Origin: an uncultured Acidobacteriota bacterium
Lineage (GTDB): Bacteria > Acidobacteriota > Terriglobia > 20CM-2-55-15
DNA: 64,000 nucleotides
Assembly: GCA_963836435.1 (NCBI GenBank)
Contig: CAWIJI010000006.1
Location: 62,956-126,955 of the forward strand
Reading direction: 5' to 3'
This document shows positions 39,803 to 48,145 of this stretch, in pieces. A model generated the notes under the pieces. That model ran no database searches. It was not told the DNA's origin and saw only the letters and a list, made by a program, of their open reading frames with translations. The number at the start of each line of letters is the position of its first letter. The stretch's first letter is position 1. A program made the position numbers and the translations under genes.

Positions 39803-40787
39803 CCGCCATGGAACCTCTCCGCACGCCCATAGTCCAATGGGCAAACACCTGCGGAGCGCGCCGTGAAATTCGGGCGATCCAATGTGCGGCGCGCCGCTTG
39901 TGACGGCGCAGTTTCTTGTATTTCCGTGACGCCCAGCGCGTCAACGCGCGGTCCAGCGTGCGCATGGACGGATACATTGCCGAGCGGTAGTACCGCCCGT
40001 AGTACTGGAGCCAACCTCGAACGATCGGGTTAAACATCCGGGAGAGATCTTCGATGGACTTATCACTGCATCTGGCCAGGTGCCAGCTCCGAATCTCCGA
40101 CCGTATGGCTTTCGCGGCTTTGTTTGAAACCGCCGGCGTGAAATTGATGAAGAACTTTCCCGCTCCAGTATCCAGTTCACTCGCTTGCTCGCGATTCCCA
40201 CGCTTAACGCATCCAGCGCTCGATGGAAATTTCTTCCGGGACGAAACCCATAGGAGAATCCCGGAAACTCGGCCTCGTAGATTTCGTTGAGGATTGACGC
40301 CACTGCCTGTTGAACAAAATTTGTCCGCCAGTGCAGCAATGCCAATCGGACGTTTCCGTCCGTCCGGCTTTGGGATGTAAATTCTCAGTGAGGATTGTGC
40401 CCGCTAGGCTCCGCGATGCACTCGGCCGTGTAGATCCTTCAAGCGATCTTCCACTCCTTTTTCGTACTCCCTCCACGTCATCTCATCGACTCCCGCGGCT
40501 GCTGTCTTCTTCAGATGCAGAAAACTGCTCCGCAGCAAATCGACCGTCAGGTGGTGGAGTAGGCTCGTGAACCGTTCCTGCTTCTTTTCCTTTGCAGTAC
40601 GGCGCACACGTTGAAGCCCCGTTGACACGTCTTTGTCCCCGCTCGGCGTCGTGGACGTGTGTTGCTCCATCATGTTCTCCTTGTTCGGCGGCCTTCCCTC
40701 CGGACTTCTCCTCCCGTGCTTCATGCCACGTTCGTTCGAATCCTTCATCGGTACTACGCCGCTGTCCGACTCCTCGCCTCCGTTCAT
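39792..40787 (-). pseudogene. group II intron-encoded RT/maturase (IEP), nonsense- and frameshift-disrupted
   Basis: RT domain 0/1 (40404..40787: ...FTSLLHHLTVDLLRSSFLHLKKTAAAGVDEMTWREY...) ends at an in-frame TAG. RT domains 1-2 (39941..40345: QQAVASILNEIYEAEFPGFSYGFRPGRNFHRALDAL) lie in another frame. Maturase domain X (39792..40037: ...IVRGWLQYYGRYY...) is in a third frame. RT domains 3-7 are missing. Confidence 0.6.
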
Positions 40788-41173
40788 GTCCGTCGTGCGG
40801 CCTTGGCCTTCACGGACCGGCCTGATCTCTCAGGCGGCGACGAGGCCTCCCGGTTCTCGTGCATGTTGTTTCTTTGCGTGCGCGGGGTCTACGACTACGG
40901 AGGACTCGACCGACGCTCGCTTAGCGCGCCAGCCAATGGTGCCTTCTCCCTCAGCCTAAAAGATCGGCGTCCCCAATTGGGTTTTCGAAGCTCAATACCC
41001 GGCCCGCAAATGCCTCTGTCTACGCTTCAGTTCTGGCCTCGCGGCCAGCGCTGCAAGACTCAAGGTCAGGATGGTTTGCTACTCCTTTCCTGTAGGACTC
41101 TTTCATTCCCTACAAGATGCCGGTTTATCCCGGCGCACAGGCTGTCCCCAGAACTCCAACTTGAACTGGGAAC

Positions 41174-41533
41174 TTATTTGGCGTCTCTGCCGGAAACCCC
41201 TGAGGATTGCCGAATCCAGCCTAGTAGGGCGGCACGCATCGCTTGGTGAACGTTGAGAGACTTCTTGCGAGCGATGTTTTCCAGGTCTTTCCAAAGGGCC
41301 TCAGGCAATCGGACCGATCGCACCGTTGAAGTTTGCTTCCTGCCTTTGCGGGGTCGTCCGCGGCGGAGTAGTACCGCATCCGTGGTGAGCTCAGGCATTT
41401 CCCAAAGGGCTAGCAGTCCTGGACCGCCTTCTTCTCCAGATCCGGCGAACGCATTGCGGCGTACCGGTCCGAAGCGAGTGAAATCGATTTGTCGATCCAG
41501 AGGATCAGTCGTTTTCGTAGTGGCTTTTTTCAT
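41174..41533 (-). CDS. brnA: BrnA-like ribbon-helix-helix antitoxin
   Basis: ...RGRPRKGRKQTSTVRSVRLPEALWKDLENIARKKSLNVHQAMRAALLGWI... immediately downstream of and overlapping brnT. Confidence 0.55.
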   Translation of the reverse strand: MKKATTKTTDPLDRQIDFTRFGPVRRNAFAGSGEEGGPGLLALWEMPELTTDAVLLRRGRPRKGRKQTSTVRSVRLPEALWKDLENIARKKSLNVHQAMRAALLGWIRQSSGVSGRDAK

Positions 41534-41771
41534 GTTTCGTTGCCCGTCTCGCGCTGATTATCCGAATTTCATTCTGCAAAACTTCGGCATGGACGACATA
41601 GAGAAGCCGGCCTTGCTCTGAGTATCCGATCAGGATGAAGCGATCCTTGTGCAGCGTATCGGGATAGTAGGCGCCTAAGGGATCGCCGAATGCGGATGAA
41701 GCCTCGTCAAACGACACTCCATGTTTCCTGAGATTCGATTTGGCTTTTCTTTCGCTCCAGACAAATCGCAC
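41505..41771 (-). CDS. brnT: BrnT-family toxin
   Basis: (V/M)RFVWSERKAKSNLRKHGVSFDEASSAFGDPLG...EDRFILIGYSEQGRLLYVVHAEV...IRIISARRATKHEKSHYE matches the BrnT signature. The start is taken at the internal GTG, residue 48 of the ORF-track translation. Confidence 0.7.
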   Translation of the reverse strand: MRFVWSERKAKSNLRKHGVSFDEASSAFGDPLGAYYPDTLHKDRFILIGYSEQGRLLYVVHAEVLQNEIRIISARRATKHEKSHYEND

Positions 41772-41844
41772 GCAGAATATTGTATTACATTTATAAGTTC
41801 GAGCGATGATGAGATGAAGATGAGACGGACTCCATGCGGAATTC

Positions 41845-43062
41845 TTAAACAGAAGCGACCGGTGTGTCGAAGTAATGGATCGTTCGATGCTCGGTGCACC
41901 AGATCTGGCCATCGGGCGCTGTAACGATCTTTTCGATCCAGTTGCCGTGGTTGTCGTATTTATAGCGGGTCAGAGTTTCCGAATGACGGCCGCGCGCACT
42001 CTCAGGCGCGGTTACAAGAGAGCCGTCTTCGGCCAAAGTGTATTCGCTGTTTAAGGCTTCGGAGATCTCCAGAACGACGTCGCCATGATCGTTGTATGCG
42101 AAGGTGGTGTTGTCGTGATCGTTCGCAACCCGGCGTCCGGACGTTTCGATGCGGCGGTTATGATCGTCGTATCGATGGCGTCGGCCGAAGATAAAAAACT
42201 GGGTCAATGCAGCCACCTGCTCCGCATTACACTGCGCCACGATCTCTGGAGGGAGTCTCTGCGGAATCGAAGTTTCTTCGATGAGATTGCCCCGATCGTC
42301 ATAGAGAAGATCAATCCGCGAGATCCGCTCGCCGCTGCTGTCGTAGGCGAGATGTTCGGCCGGCCGGCCAAGTTCGTCGTAATTGCAAGTGATGCTCACG
42401 ACGCCGGGCATCCCGAAACCCATCTCCGATCCTTCGACTCCGATAAAGACGCCGCAGTTTTCGCGTGCCGGAATTGGTTCGAGGTGAACTACTTTGTGTT
42501 TCTTGCCGTCAGGATTGTAACTGTAGGCCTCCGCGACGCGCGAAAAGCCGTCTTTGTCCGGCACGTTGACACGAACGAGTCTACCCGTAGAGTCGTATTC
42601 AAGTTTTCTCACGACTGTCGACTTTCCGTCCTGTTCGATGCGTTCCGCAATCAAACGATCGCTGTCGTTGTCGTATTCGTAGAAGCAGGTCCATTCAGGG
42701 TGCGGAGGCGGGTCTTTGTGATACCGCCGGTAGAGCAGACCATCCGGACGGAACTCCACCGTCGTCCAATCGATTCGCTCGGTTGTGTCGCACGCTTGCG
42801 GACCGCATCCCCGCGAATACGAGACCCGTTGAAGTTCGCAGAGTTTTACAGCGCCACGTAACGAGAATCGGTGACGATCCGTCATGTTCTCGGAGTCTTG
42901 CATCAATAGGGAGAGGCCGTCAAACGATTCAGTTTGCTGTTTTTCATGCGGGATCGGTCGCGCTGGAAGACGTGATGAAATCCACAAGACCAGGGTGAGC
43001 GTTGGACTCTCCGGGCGCCGGGAAAGAAAGCGGATCTCTCCCGGTTGCGGGAGGTCTGGCAT
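41845..43062 (-). CDS. YD-repeat (RHS-like) protein, no signal peptide
   Basis: Multiple YD-type repeats (YEYDNDSDRLIAE, EYDSTGRLVRV, YSYNPDGKK, YDSSGERISRIDLLYDDRGNLIEE, AYNDHGDVV, YKYDNHGNWIEK). The start is uncertain (internal Mets at about 42885-42900). There is no RHS core or toxin tip. Confidence 0.45.
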   Translation of the reverse strand: MPDLPQPGEIRFLSRRPESPTLTLVLWISSRLPARPIPHEKQQTESFDGLSLLMQDSENMTDRHRFSLRGAVKLCELQRVSYSRGCGPQACDTTERIDWTTVEFRPDGLLYRRYHKDPPPHPEWTCFYEYDNDSDRLIAERIEQDGKSTVVRKLEYDSTGRLVRVNVPDKDGFSRVAEAYSYNPDGKKHKVVHLEPIPARENCGVFIGVEGSEMGFGMPGVVSITCNYDELGRPAEHLAYDSSGERISRIDLLYDDRGNLIEETSIPQRLPPEIVAQCNAEQVAALTQFFIFGRRHRYDDHNRRIETSGRRVANDHDNTTFAYNDHGDVVLEISEALNSEYTLAEDGSLVTAPESARGRHSETLTRYKYDNHGNWIEKIVTAPDGQIWCTEHRTIHYFDTPVASV

Positions 43063-43204
43063 ATGTCACATTGTGCATGTAGATCGGGGCCGGATTACCC
43101 CGAAGCTTCGAGAGCACGTGCCGAAGTTAAATGCTGCTGGTGTCATCTATCTATTTCTACATGGCCCTTATGCTCGCGGCACGACAGTTTGTGACGAGAC
43201 GCGA

Positions 43205-43262
43205 GAACATAGGAGTTTTAAGAGGCCGGTCGGGAGTGTACTCCGATGCGCGATCCCGGCCT
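43205..43262. repeat. about 55-bp direct repeat (copy 1) derived from a tyrosine-integrase coding segment; left boundary of a low-GC island
   Basis: ataggagttttaagaggccggtcgggagtgtactccgatgcgcgatcccgg recurs at 45025-45080. It encodes NIGVLR(G/D)RSGV(Y/C)SDARSR. Confidence 0.5.
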
Positions 43263-43391
43263 GACTCAACGTCGTACATGCCAATTGCGTTGTTTTTTTC
43301 ATCTGTAACCGCTACAGCTCTCCCGGAAAAGATGAACTGTGGAATCGCATCGCTGGAGACTGAAAGCGTGCGCTTTGGTATTAGTTTCAAA

Positions 43392-43736
43392 TCACTCCCT
43401 CCTGTGCCTTGGGCAAAGTGATAGAGCAGTAATTGCAAAGAGCACTCCGAATAGCCTCACCATGAGATCCCCTTCCTTTAGTAGCCGCATGAGTAGAGCC
43501 GCACCCATTTTAGCCTTATCCATCATTTGTCGTACTTGGTAGGGATTACTGCCTCCTCTTACAACGTCAATGATATGGCCTAGACCGCGATGAGGGTCGA
43601 TATCGACATCGACTCGCTTGCCATCTGCGCTGAATGAAAACTGAAGAGACCCGCCCCCGAAGTTTTTCTTGAAACTCTTGGTGTATCCCGGATGTAATCC
43701 CCCGCTGACCTTGCTGAAGCCGTTCTTCTTGGTCAT
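43392..43736 (-). CDS. hypothetical protein in low-GC island
   Basis: A 114-aa ORF (…FGGGSLQFSFSADGKRVDVDIDPHRGLGHIIDVV…) in a stretch of about 50% GC. No family assignment. Confidence 0.25.
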   Translation of the reverse strand: MTKKNGFSKVSGGLHPGYTKSFKKNFGGGSLQFSFSADGKRVDVDIDPHRGLGHIIDVVRGGSNPYQVRQMMDKAKMGAALLMRLLKEGDLMVRLFGVLFAITALSLCPRHRRE

Positions 43737-43867
43737 CTGGTGTGTGTTGCATTGGAGTTTGTGGCGGGAGGAGTAATCGATATAACGATTCCAATGGGCG
43801 TTGTGGGAATCCAGAGTTACGATGCCGGACGCAGGTCAGAGTCTTCACCACGACGCGGAGCAAGGAT

Positions 43868-44287
43868 ATGGACTGGGAAACTGTGATTAAAATCGCGGTA
43901 GCTGTCGTACCGGTTGTGATCGCGTGGGCGGCCAACGAATTCAGCAAACGACGTTCGGAAGAATATCTACGCAGAGAAGCAAACTACAGAGCACTCGTAC
44001 TTGCGCTCAAGGGCTTCTACGTTGGTGGAAGTGAGGAGGACAAGGCGGCATTTCTGGAGCAGCTAAACCTTGGCTGGCTTTACTGCCCTGATGATGTCAT
44101 TCGTAAAGCCTACTCATTCCTCGATACGGTGCACACTGACGCAGGTATAAACGATGATGGCGCTAAGGAGCGTGCGCTGGGCGATTTCGTTGCCGCCGTT
44201 CGGGAGGATCTGATCTCACGCGAGCCTGTCAGAGAAACTGGCCTGACTGGTCGTGACTACAGACTTCTCACAGTTAATCGTCGTTGA
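43868..44287 (+). CDS. hypothetical membrane-anchored protein in low-GC island
   Basis: MDWETVIKIAVAVVPVVIAWAANEF... One N-terminal TM helix followed by a soluble domain. The start is taken at M43 of the ORF-track translation. Confidence 0.25.
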   Translation: MDWETVIKIAVAVVPVVIAWAANEFSKRRSEEYLRREANYRALVLALKGFYVGGSEEDKAAFLEQLNLGWLYCPDDVIRKAYSFLDTVHTDAGINDDGAKERALGDFVAAVREDLISREPVRETGLTGRDYRLLTVNRR

Positions 44288-44513
44288 AGGCGGAACCGAG
44301 AGCGACCGCCTGCAATCACTTTCGTAGCTATCCCCCATGTAACTGAGGTGTTGGACACAGCTTTGTCTAAGACATGAACTGCAACATCCCCTTACAGGAT
44401 TCGAACCCGCGTCTTCCGGTGTTACCCGGAGATCCTGACCACCCTCTGTGCCAATGTAGCTGAGACACCTTACCCCTGATAATTACTGAGCAGGGCGGAA
44501 GGAAAAAAACAAA

Positions 44514-45092
44514 ATGCAGAACGAAGTTCAACCACTGTCCCCGACCCCTCTTTCGGCCTTGGTTGAGGCGGGACGGAGTGAGGGCGAGCATAGCGAGACC
44601 GAGCGGAGTGCCGCCTCAACCAAAGCCGGCGCCGACGCGGCCGGCGTGGCCCGGCCCGATCCGGAGGTCGTCGCGAAAGCAAAGCGGCGGCGATTCACCG
44701 CCAAGTACAAGCAGCAGGTTTTGGCAAAGGCCGACGCGGCGGCGTCTGACCCTGGCGCCATCGGAGCGCTGTTGCGGCGCGAGAGACTCTACTCCTCGCA
44801 CCTGGTAGCGTGGCGTCGACAACGGGACGCCAGCACTCGACAAGGCCTCGAGCCCCGGAGACGCGGCCCGAAGCCGAAGCGGAATCCCATGGCTGAACAA
44901 ACGGGGGATTTGATCGGAAAAATCCGCGTCATGAAGGTTAGGGTGATGGTCGCGATGGCGATCACGGTCGGCCTTCGCCGCGGAGAATTGATCGGCCTTT
45001 GTTGGAGGCATCTCGACCTGAACATAGGAGTTTTAAGAGACCGGTCGGGCGTATGCTCCGATGCGCGATCCCGGGTTTTCAGTGTCGTATAA
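44514..45092 (+). mobile_element. composite remnant: IS3-family OrfA-like transposase N-terminal fragment fused to a tyrosine-integrase fragment
   Basis: ...PDPEVVAKAKRRRFTAKYKQQVLAKADAAASDPGAIGALLRRERLYSSHLVAWRRQRDAS... is IS3/IS911 OrfA-like. The tail ...ITVGLRRGELIGLCWRHLDLNIGVLRDRSG... resembles a tyrosine-recombinase catalytic-domain segment and runs into the 55-bp direct repeat. Confidence 0.5.
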
Positions 45093-45094
45093 GA

Positions 45095-45180
45095 GCGATT
45101 ACGTTAAGTTGGGGTGCTTCACCCGGAAGGATGGTCTCCGAAGCGGGCCGGGCAGGCCACTATTTTCCGGGCTGGCGGCG
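45095..45180. repeat. structured repeat family, copy D (immediately 3' of the IS91 tnpA stop)
   Basis: Same core as copies A-C. It sits between the integrase fragment and the IS91 transposase stop at 45256, so it may be the IS91 oriIS-side terminus. Confidence 0.55.
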
Positions 45181-45255
45181 AAAACAAGAGCCGTGGTGTT
45201 TGTTTTTTCGCTCTGGCGTGCAGACGAATCCTTCGGTCGCGCAGAAGCGGCCAAG

Positions 45256-46521
45256 TCAGGCCCAGTCGAAAGTGCTGGCGAGGTCGGCGCTGCGCGCCGC
45301 GGGAGCGAGCGGCGGCGGTCGGCAGGGCAAGCCGAGGTGGTCAAGAATCTTCCGGGTGGCGGCCGGCGGATGGATCGGGGAAATCAGGCGCAGCTTGCCG
45401 CCGCATTTTCCGCAGACGGTCGCATCCGCTGCGAACACGCGTTGGATCAATTCGGCCCAAGTATGATTCTTCCGTTTTCTTGCTTCTTTCCCGGACTCCG
45501 GGGCGCCAGGTGTTTCCTTGTCGGGGGACCTCGCTTCCGAAGGAGCGGATTTGGCCTCCTCAAAAGAAAGTGTGGCCGCGGTCGTCTCCGAACTGGATTC
45601 GGCGGCAGGCACGATCTGGGCCCGCCATTTCGCGGCGGGGCCAAGCACGCCGGAGAACCGAATCAAATGAGCGCGGGGCGTGGGGATCAGCGCCGCAAGA
45701 CGTTCAATAAATTCCAGCGGGGTAAATACGGCGTGCGTCGTGCCGTCACGCCACGGCGTCTTCAGGCGGTAGCAGAGGCGTCCGTCCGGCAATCGTTCGA
45801 GCCGGTCGGTGGCAAAGGGAGGACGGGCCGCGTAACGGAGCAATCGCTCCAAACGAATCCGATTGTTTTGCGGGACAACAACGGCGGCATGGAGGTTGAA
45901 ACCGTCGACGGCGGCGCACAGCGGAGAGGATCTCTCTTCGATCGCCTCCGGTTCAATTGCGCCTCCAGCCAGCGTGACGCGCCGGCCGGCGTTCGGGCCG
46001 TCAGCGATCCGGTTCGAGACGGAAGCCGCATAAAGTCCCGCCAGCCAGGGTTGCTCCCGCGACAGCGGGTCTTCTTCACCACAAGATTCTCCGAACCGGC
46101 GCTGGACCAGGGTCGTGATTCGAGAAGCCAGCGTCTCGGTCAGTTGCCGAATTTCGCTGTCCTCAATGCGCCTCAACGGATAAAAACGCGGACGGCCGTC
46201 CACATCCGGAGCATATACCCCATCGATGCAAACCATGTGGATATGAACATTAAGATTGAGGCTCCCTCCATAGCGCTGTACGAACGAGACCGCGCCGCAT
46301 TGCGTTTGATGGATGCCGCACGCCAATATGCCGCATTCGAGGACCCCGCGAAGTTCGAGTTCCACGAATCTGGGCACATCTCTCCCCTTCTCTTTCTGCC
46401 GAGCCAGAAACGTTTCGAGATTCTCCTGAAGCAGGCGGTAGACGAGCGATTGCCCGGGATCACGCGGGCGATACTCTCCGGCCGGATTGTTTCTCGCACC
46501 ACATCCGGCGTGGTTCAACAC
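45256..46521 (-). CDS. IS91-family (rolling-circle, HUH) transposase, possibly internally deleted
   Basis: N-terminal zinc-finger region (...RPRDPGQSLVYRLLQENLETFLARQKE...LECGILACG...). HUH region (LNLNVHIHMVCIDGVY). C-terminal ...HTWAELIQRVFAADATVCGKCGGKLRLISPIHPPAATRKILDHLGLP typical of IS91 TnpA. The 491-aa ORF on the opposite strand is taken as an antisense artefact. Confidence 0.7.
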   Translation of the reverse strand: MLNHAGCGARNNPAGEYRPRDPGQSLVYRLLQENLETFLARQKEKGRDVPRFVELELRGVLECGILACGIHQTQCGAVSFVQRYGGSLNLNVHIHMVCIDGVYAPDVDGRPRFYPLRRIEDSEIRQLTETLASRITTLVQRRFGESCGEEDPLSREQPWLAGLYAASVSNRIADGPNAGRRVTLAGGAIEPEAIEERSSPLCAAVDGFNLHAAVVVPQNNRIRLERLLRYAARPPFATDRLERLPDGRLCYRLKTPWRDGTTHAVFTPLEFIERLAALIPTPRAHLIRFSGVLGPAAKWRAQIVPAAESSSETTAATLSFEEAKSAPSEARSPDKETPGAPESGKEARKRKNHTWAELIQRVFAADATVCGKCGGKLRLISPIHPPAATRKILDHLGLPCRPPPLAPAARSADLASTFDWA

Positions 46522-46840
46522 GGAGTTCGTCCATGACCGTCATGCCGCACACGTGGTCGTGCGCAAACGCGCCGCCAAAGACGCTCCAAGGGAAACGAAA
46601 ACACTTACGGCGGCGGCTTTCCGGAACTGCGCAAAAGGTCCAGCAAAACACGGAAATGTTTGTCGCGTTTTCTACGACATCCTTCTAATCCCGCTGACTG
46701 CGGTATGCCTGCGACGAATAAAGGTCCGCGAAGTCGACCTTGTTCTATATGCAGAACCTTCAGCGACCCGGAAACCGCGGCAGCAATGCTGCAACGATGG
46801 TGATAAGCTGCGGGACCGCCGCCCGCAGGCGGGTCAAGCC

Positions 46841-48145
46841 ATGAAGATCACCAATGTTGTCGTACGCGACATCCGGTTTCCGACATCTCTGCGGCAGGAC
46901 GGGTCCGACGCCCTCAACCTCGGCGACTACTCCGCCACCTACGTCGTGCTCGAAACGGGAACGGGCCTCGAGGGGCACGGTCTGACGTTCACCAACGGCC
47001 GCGGCAACGAAATCGTCGTGGCCGCCGTTCACGCCTTGAAGCATCTGGTCCTCGATAGAAGACTCGACGACATCGTGGCAGACATGCGGTCGTTCTATCG
47101 CGACCTTGCGGTCGACAAACAACTGCGCTGGCTCGGGCCGGAGAAAGGGGTTCTTCATATGGCGACCGGCGCGCTCCTGAACGCGGTCTGGGACCTATGG
47201 GCCAAGCGCAAGAGCAAACCGATGTGGAAGCATCTGGTGGACCTTTCGCCCGAAGACCTCGTCTCCACGATCGACTTCTCTTACATCACGGACGCCCTCA
47301 AGCCTGAGGAAGCGATCGAAATGCTGCGGGCATGCCGCGCGGGCAGGGATGTGCGCGAGGCGGAAATCCGCGCGGAAGGTTACCCCGCCTACACGACCTC
47401 CACCGGCTGGCTGGGCTATCCCGACGAAAAAGTGCGGCGCCTGTGCAGAGAAGCGATCGCCGAAGGCTGGACCGCCTTCAAGATGAAGGTCGGACCGAAT
47501 CTCGAAGACAACATCCGCCGCGCCGCAATTATGCGCGAGGAAATCGGCCCGGAACGCAAGCTGATGATGGATGCCAATCAATGCTGGGACGTGGACGAGT
47601 CCATCACACAGATGAAGGTTCTGGCCCGCTTCGATCCCTGGTGGATCGAAGAGCCGACGAGCCCTGATGACGTGCTGGGCCACGCGCGGATTGCCCGGGA
47701 AATCTCCCCCATCGCGGTCGCCACCGGCGAAGTCTGCCAGAACCGCGTGATGTTCAAACAATTCCTGCAGGCCGACGCGCTTCGCTACGTTCAAGTCGAC
47801 TCGTGCCGCATGGGCGGCGTGAACGAAGCGGTCGCCGTGATCCTGATGGCCAACAAGTTCAGGAAGGCGGTGTGTCCGCACGCCGGCGGCGTCGGTCTGT
47901 GCGAGTACGTCCAGCACCTCGCAATCTTCGACTACATTGCGGTCAGCGGGTCGCTGGAAAACCGGCTGTGCGAGTACGTCGATCACCTTCACGAGCACTT
48001 CGTCGATCCCTGCATCACGAGGAACGCTCGCTACGTGACGCCGCTCCGTCCGGGCTACAGTATCGACATCAAGCCGGAGTCGATCGCAGAGTTTGAGTTC
48101 CCGGGCGGCGGATTCTGGCGACAGCCGGAGCGACACTCGAGATGA
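46841..48145 (+). CDS. fucD: L-fuconate dehydratase (enolase superfamily, mandelate racemase subgroup)
   Basis: Begins MKITNVVVRDIRFPTS.... Enolase-superfamily metal ligands are in context (KMKVGPNLEDN..., MMDANQCWD..., WIEEPTSPDD..., RMGGVNE...). The start is taken at M119 of the ORF-track translation. Confidence 0.65.
   Translation: MKITNVVVRDIRFPTSLRQDGSDALNLGDYSATYVVLETGTGLEGHGLTFTNGRGNEIVVAAVHALKHLVLDRRLDDIVADMRSFYRDLAVDKQLRWLGPEKGVLHMATGALLNAVWDLWAKRKSKPMWKHLVDLSPEDLVSTIDFSYITDALKPEEAIEMLRACRAGRDVREAEIRAEGYPAYTTSTGWLGYPDEKVRRLCREAIAEGWTAFKMKVGPNLEDNIRRAAIMREEIGPERKLMMDANQCWDVDESITQMKVLARFDPWWIEEPTSPDDVLGHARIAREISPIAVATGEVCQNRVMFKQFLQADALRYVQVDSCRMGGVNEAVAVILMANKFRKAVCPHAGGVGLCEYVQHLAIFDYIAVSGSLENRLCEYVDHLHEHFVDPCITRNARYVTPLRPGYSIDIKPESIAEFEFPGGGFWRQPERHSR

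Larger units (their letters stand above)
39725..41138 (-). mobile_element. degenerate bacterial group II intron (5' GUGCG end, domain V, fragmented intron-encoded protein)
   Basis: The minus-strand 5' end reads GTGCGCCGGGATAAACCGG.... Domain V is at 39769-39802. The intron-encoded protein lies between them in pieces. Confidence 0.5.

Noticed and set aside
44385-44470. Complete tRNA gene
   Set aside because: A T-arm and an anticodon-like hairpin exist, but no acceptor-stem or D-arm pairing could be found by hand. It is kept only as a tRNA-like fragment in the findings.
45061-46536. 491-aa plus-strand ORF overlapping the IS91 transposase
   Set aside because: The protein is low-complexity and Arg/Gly/Ala-rich, with no family signal. 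The opposite strand encodes a recognisable IS91 TnpA. Long antisense ORFs are expected at over 60% GC.
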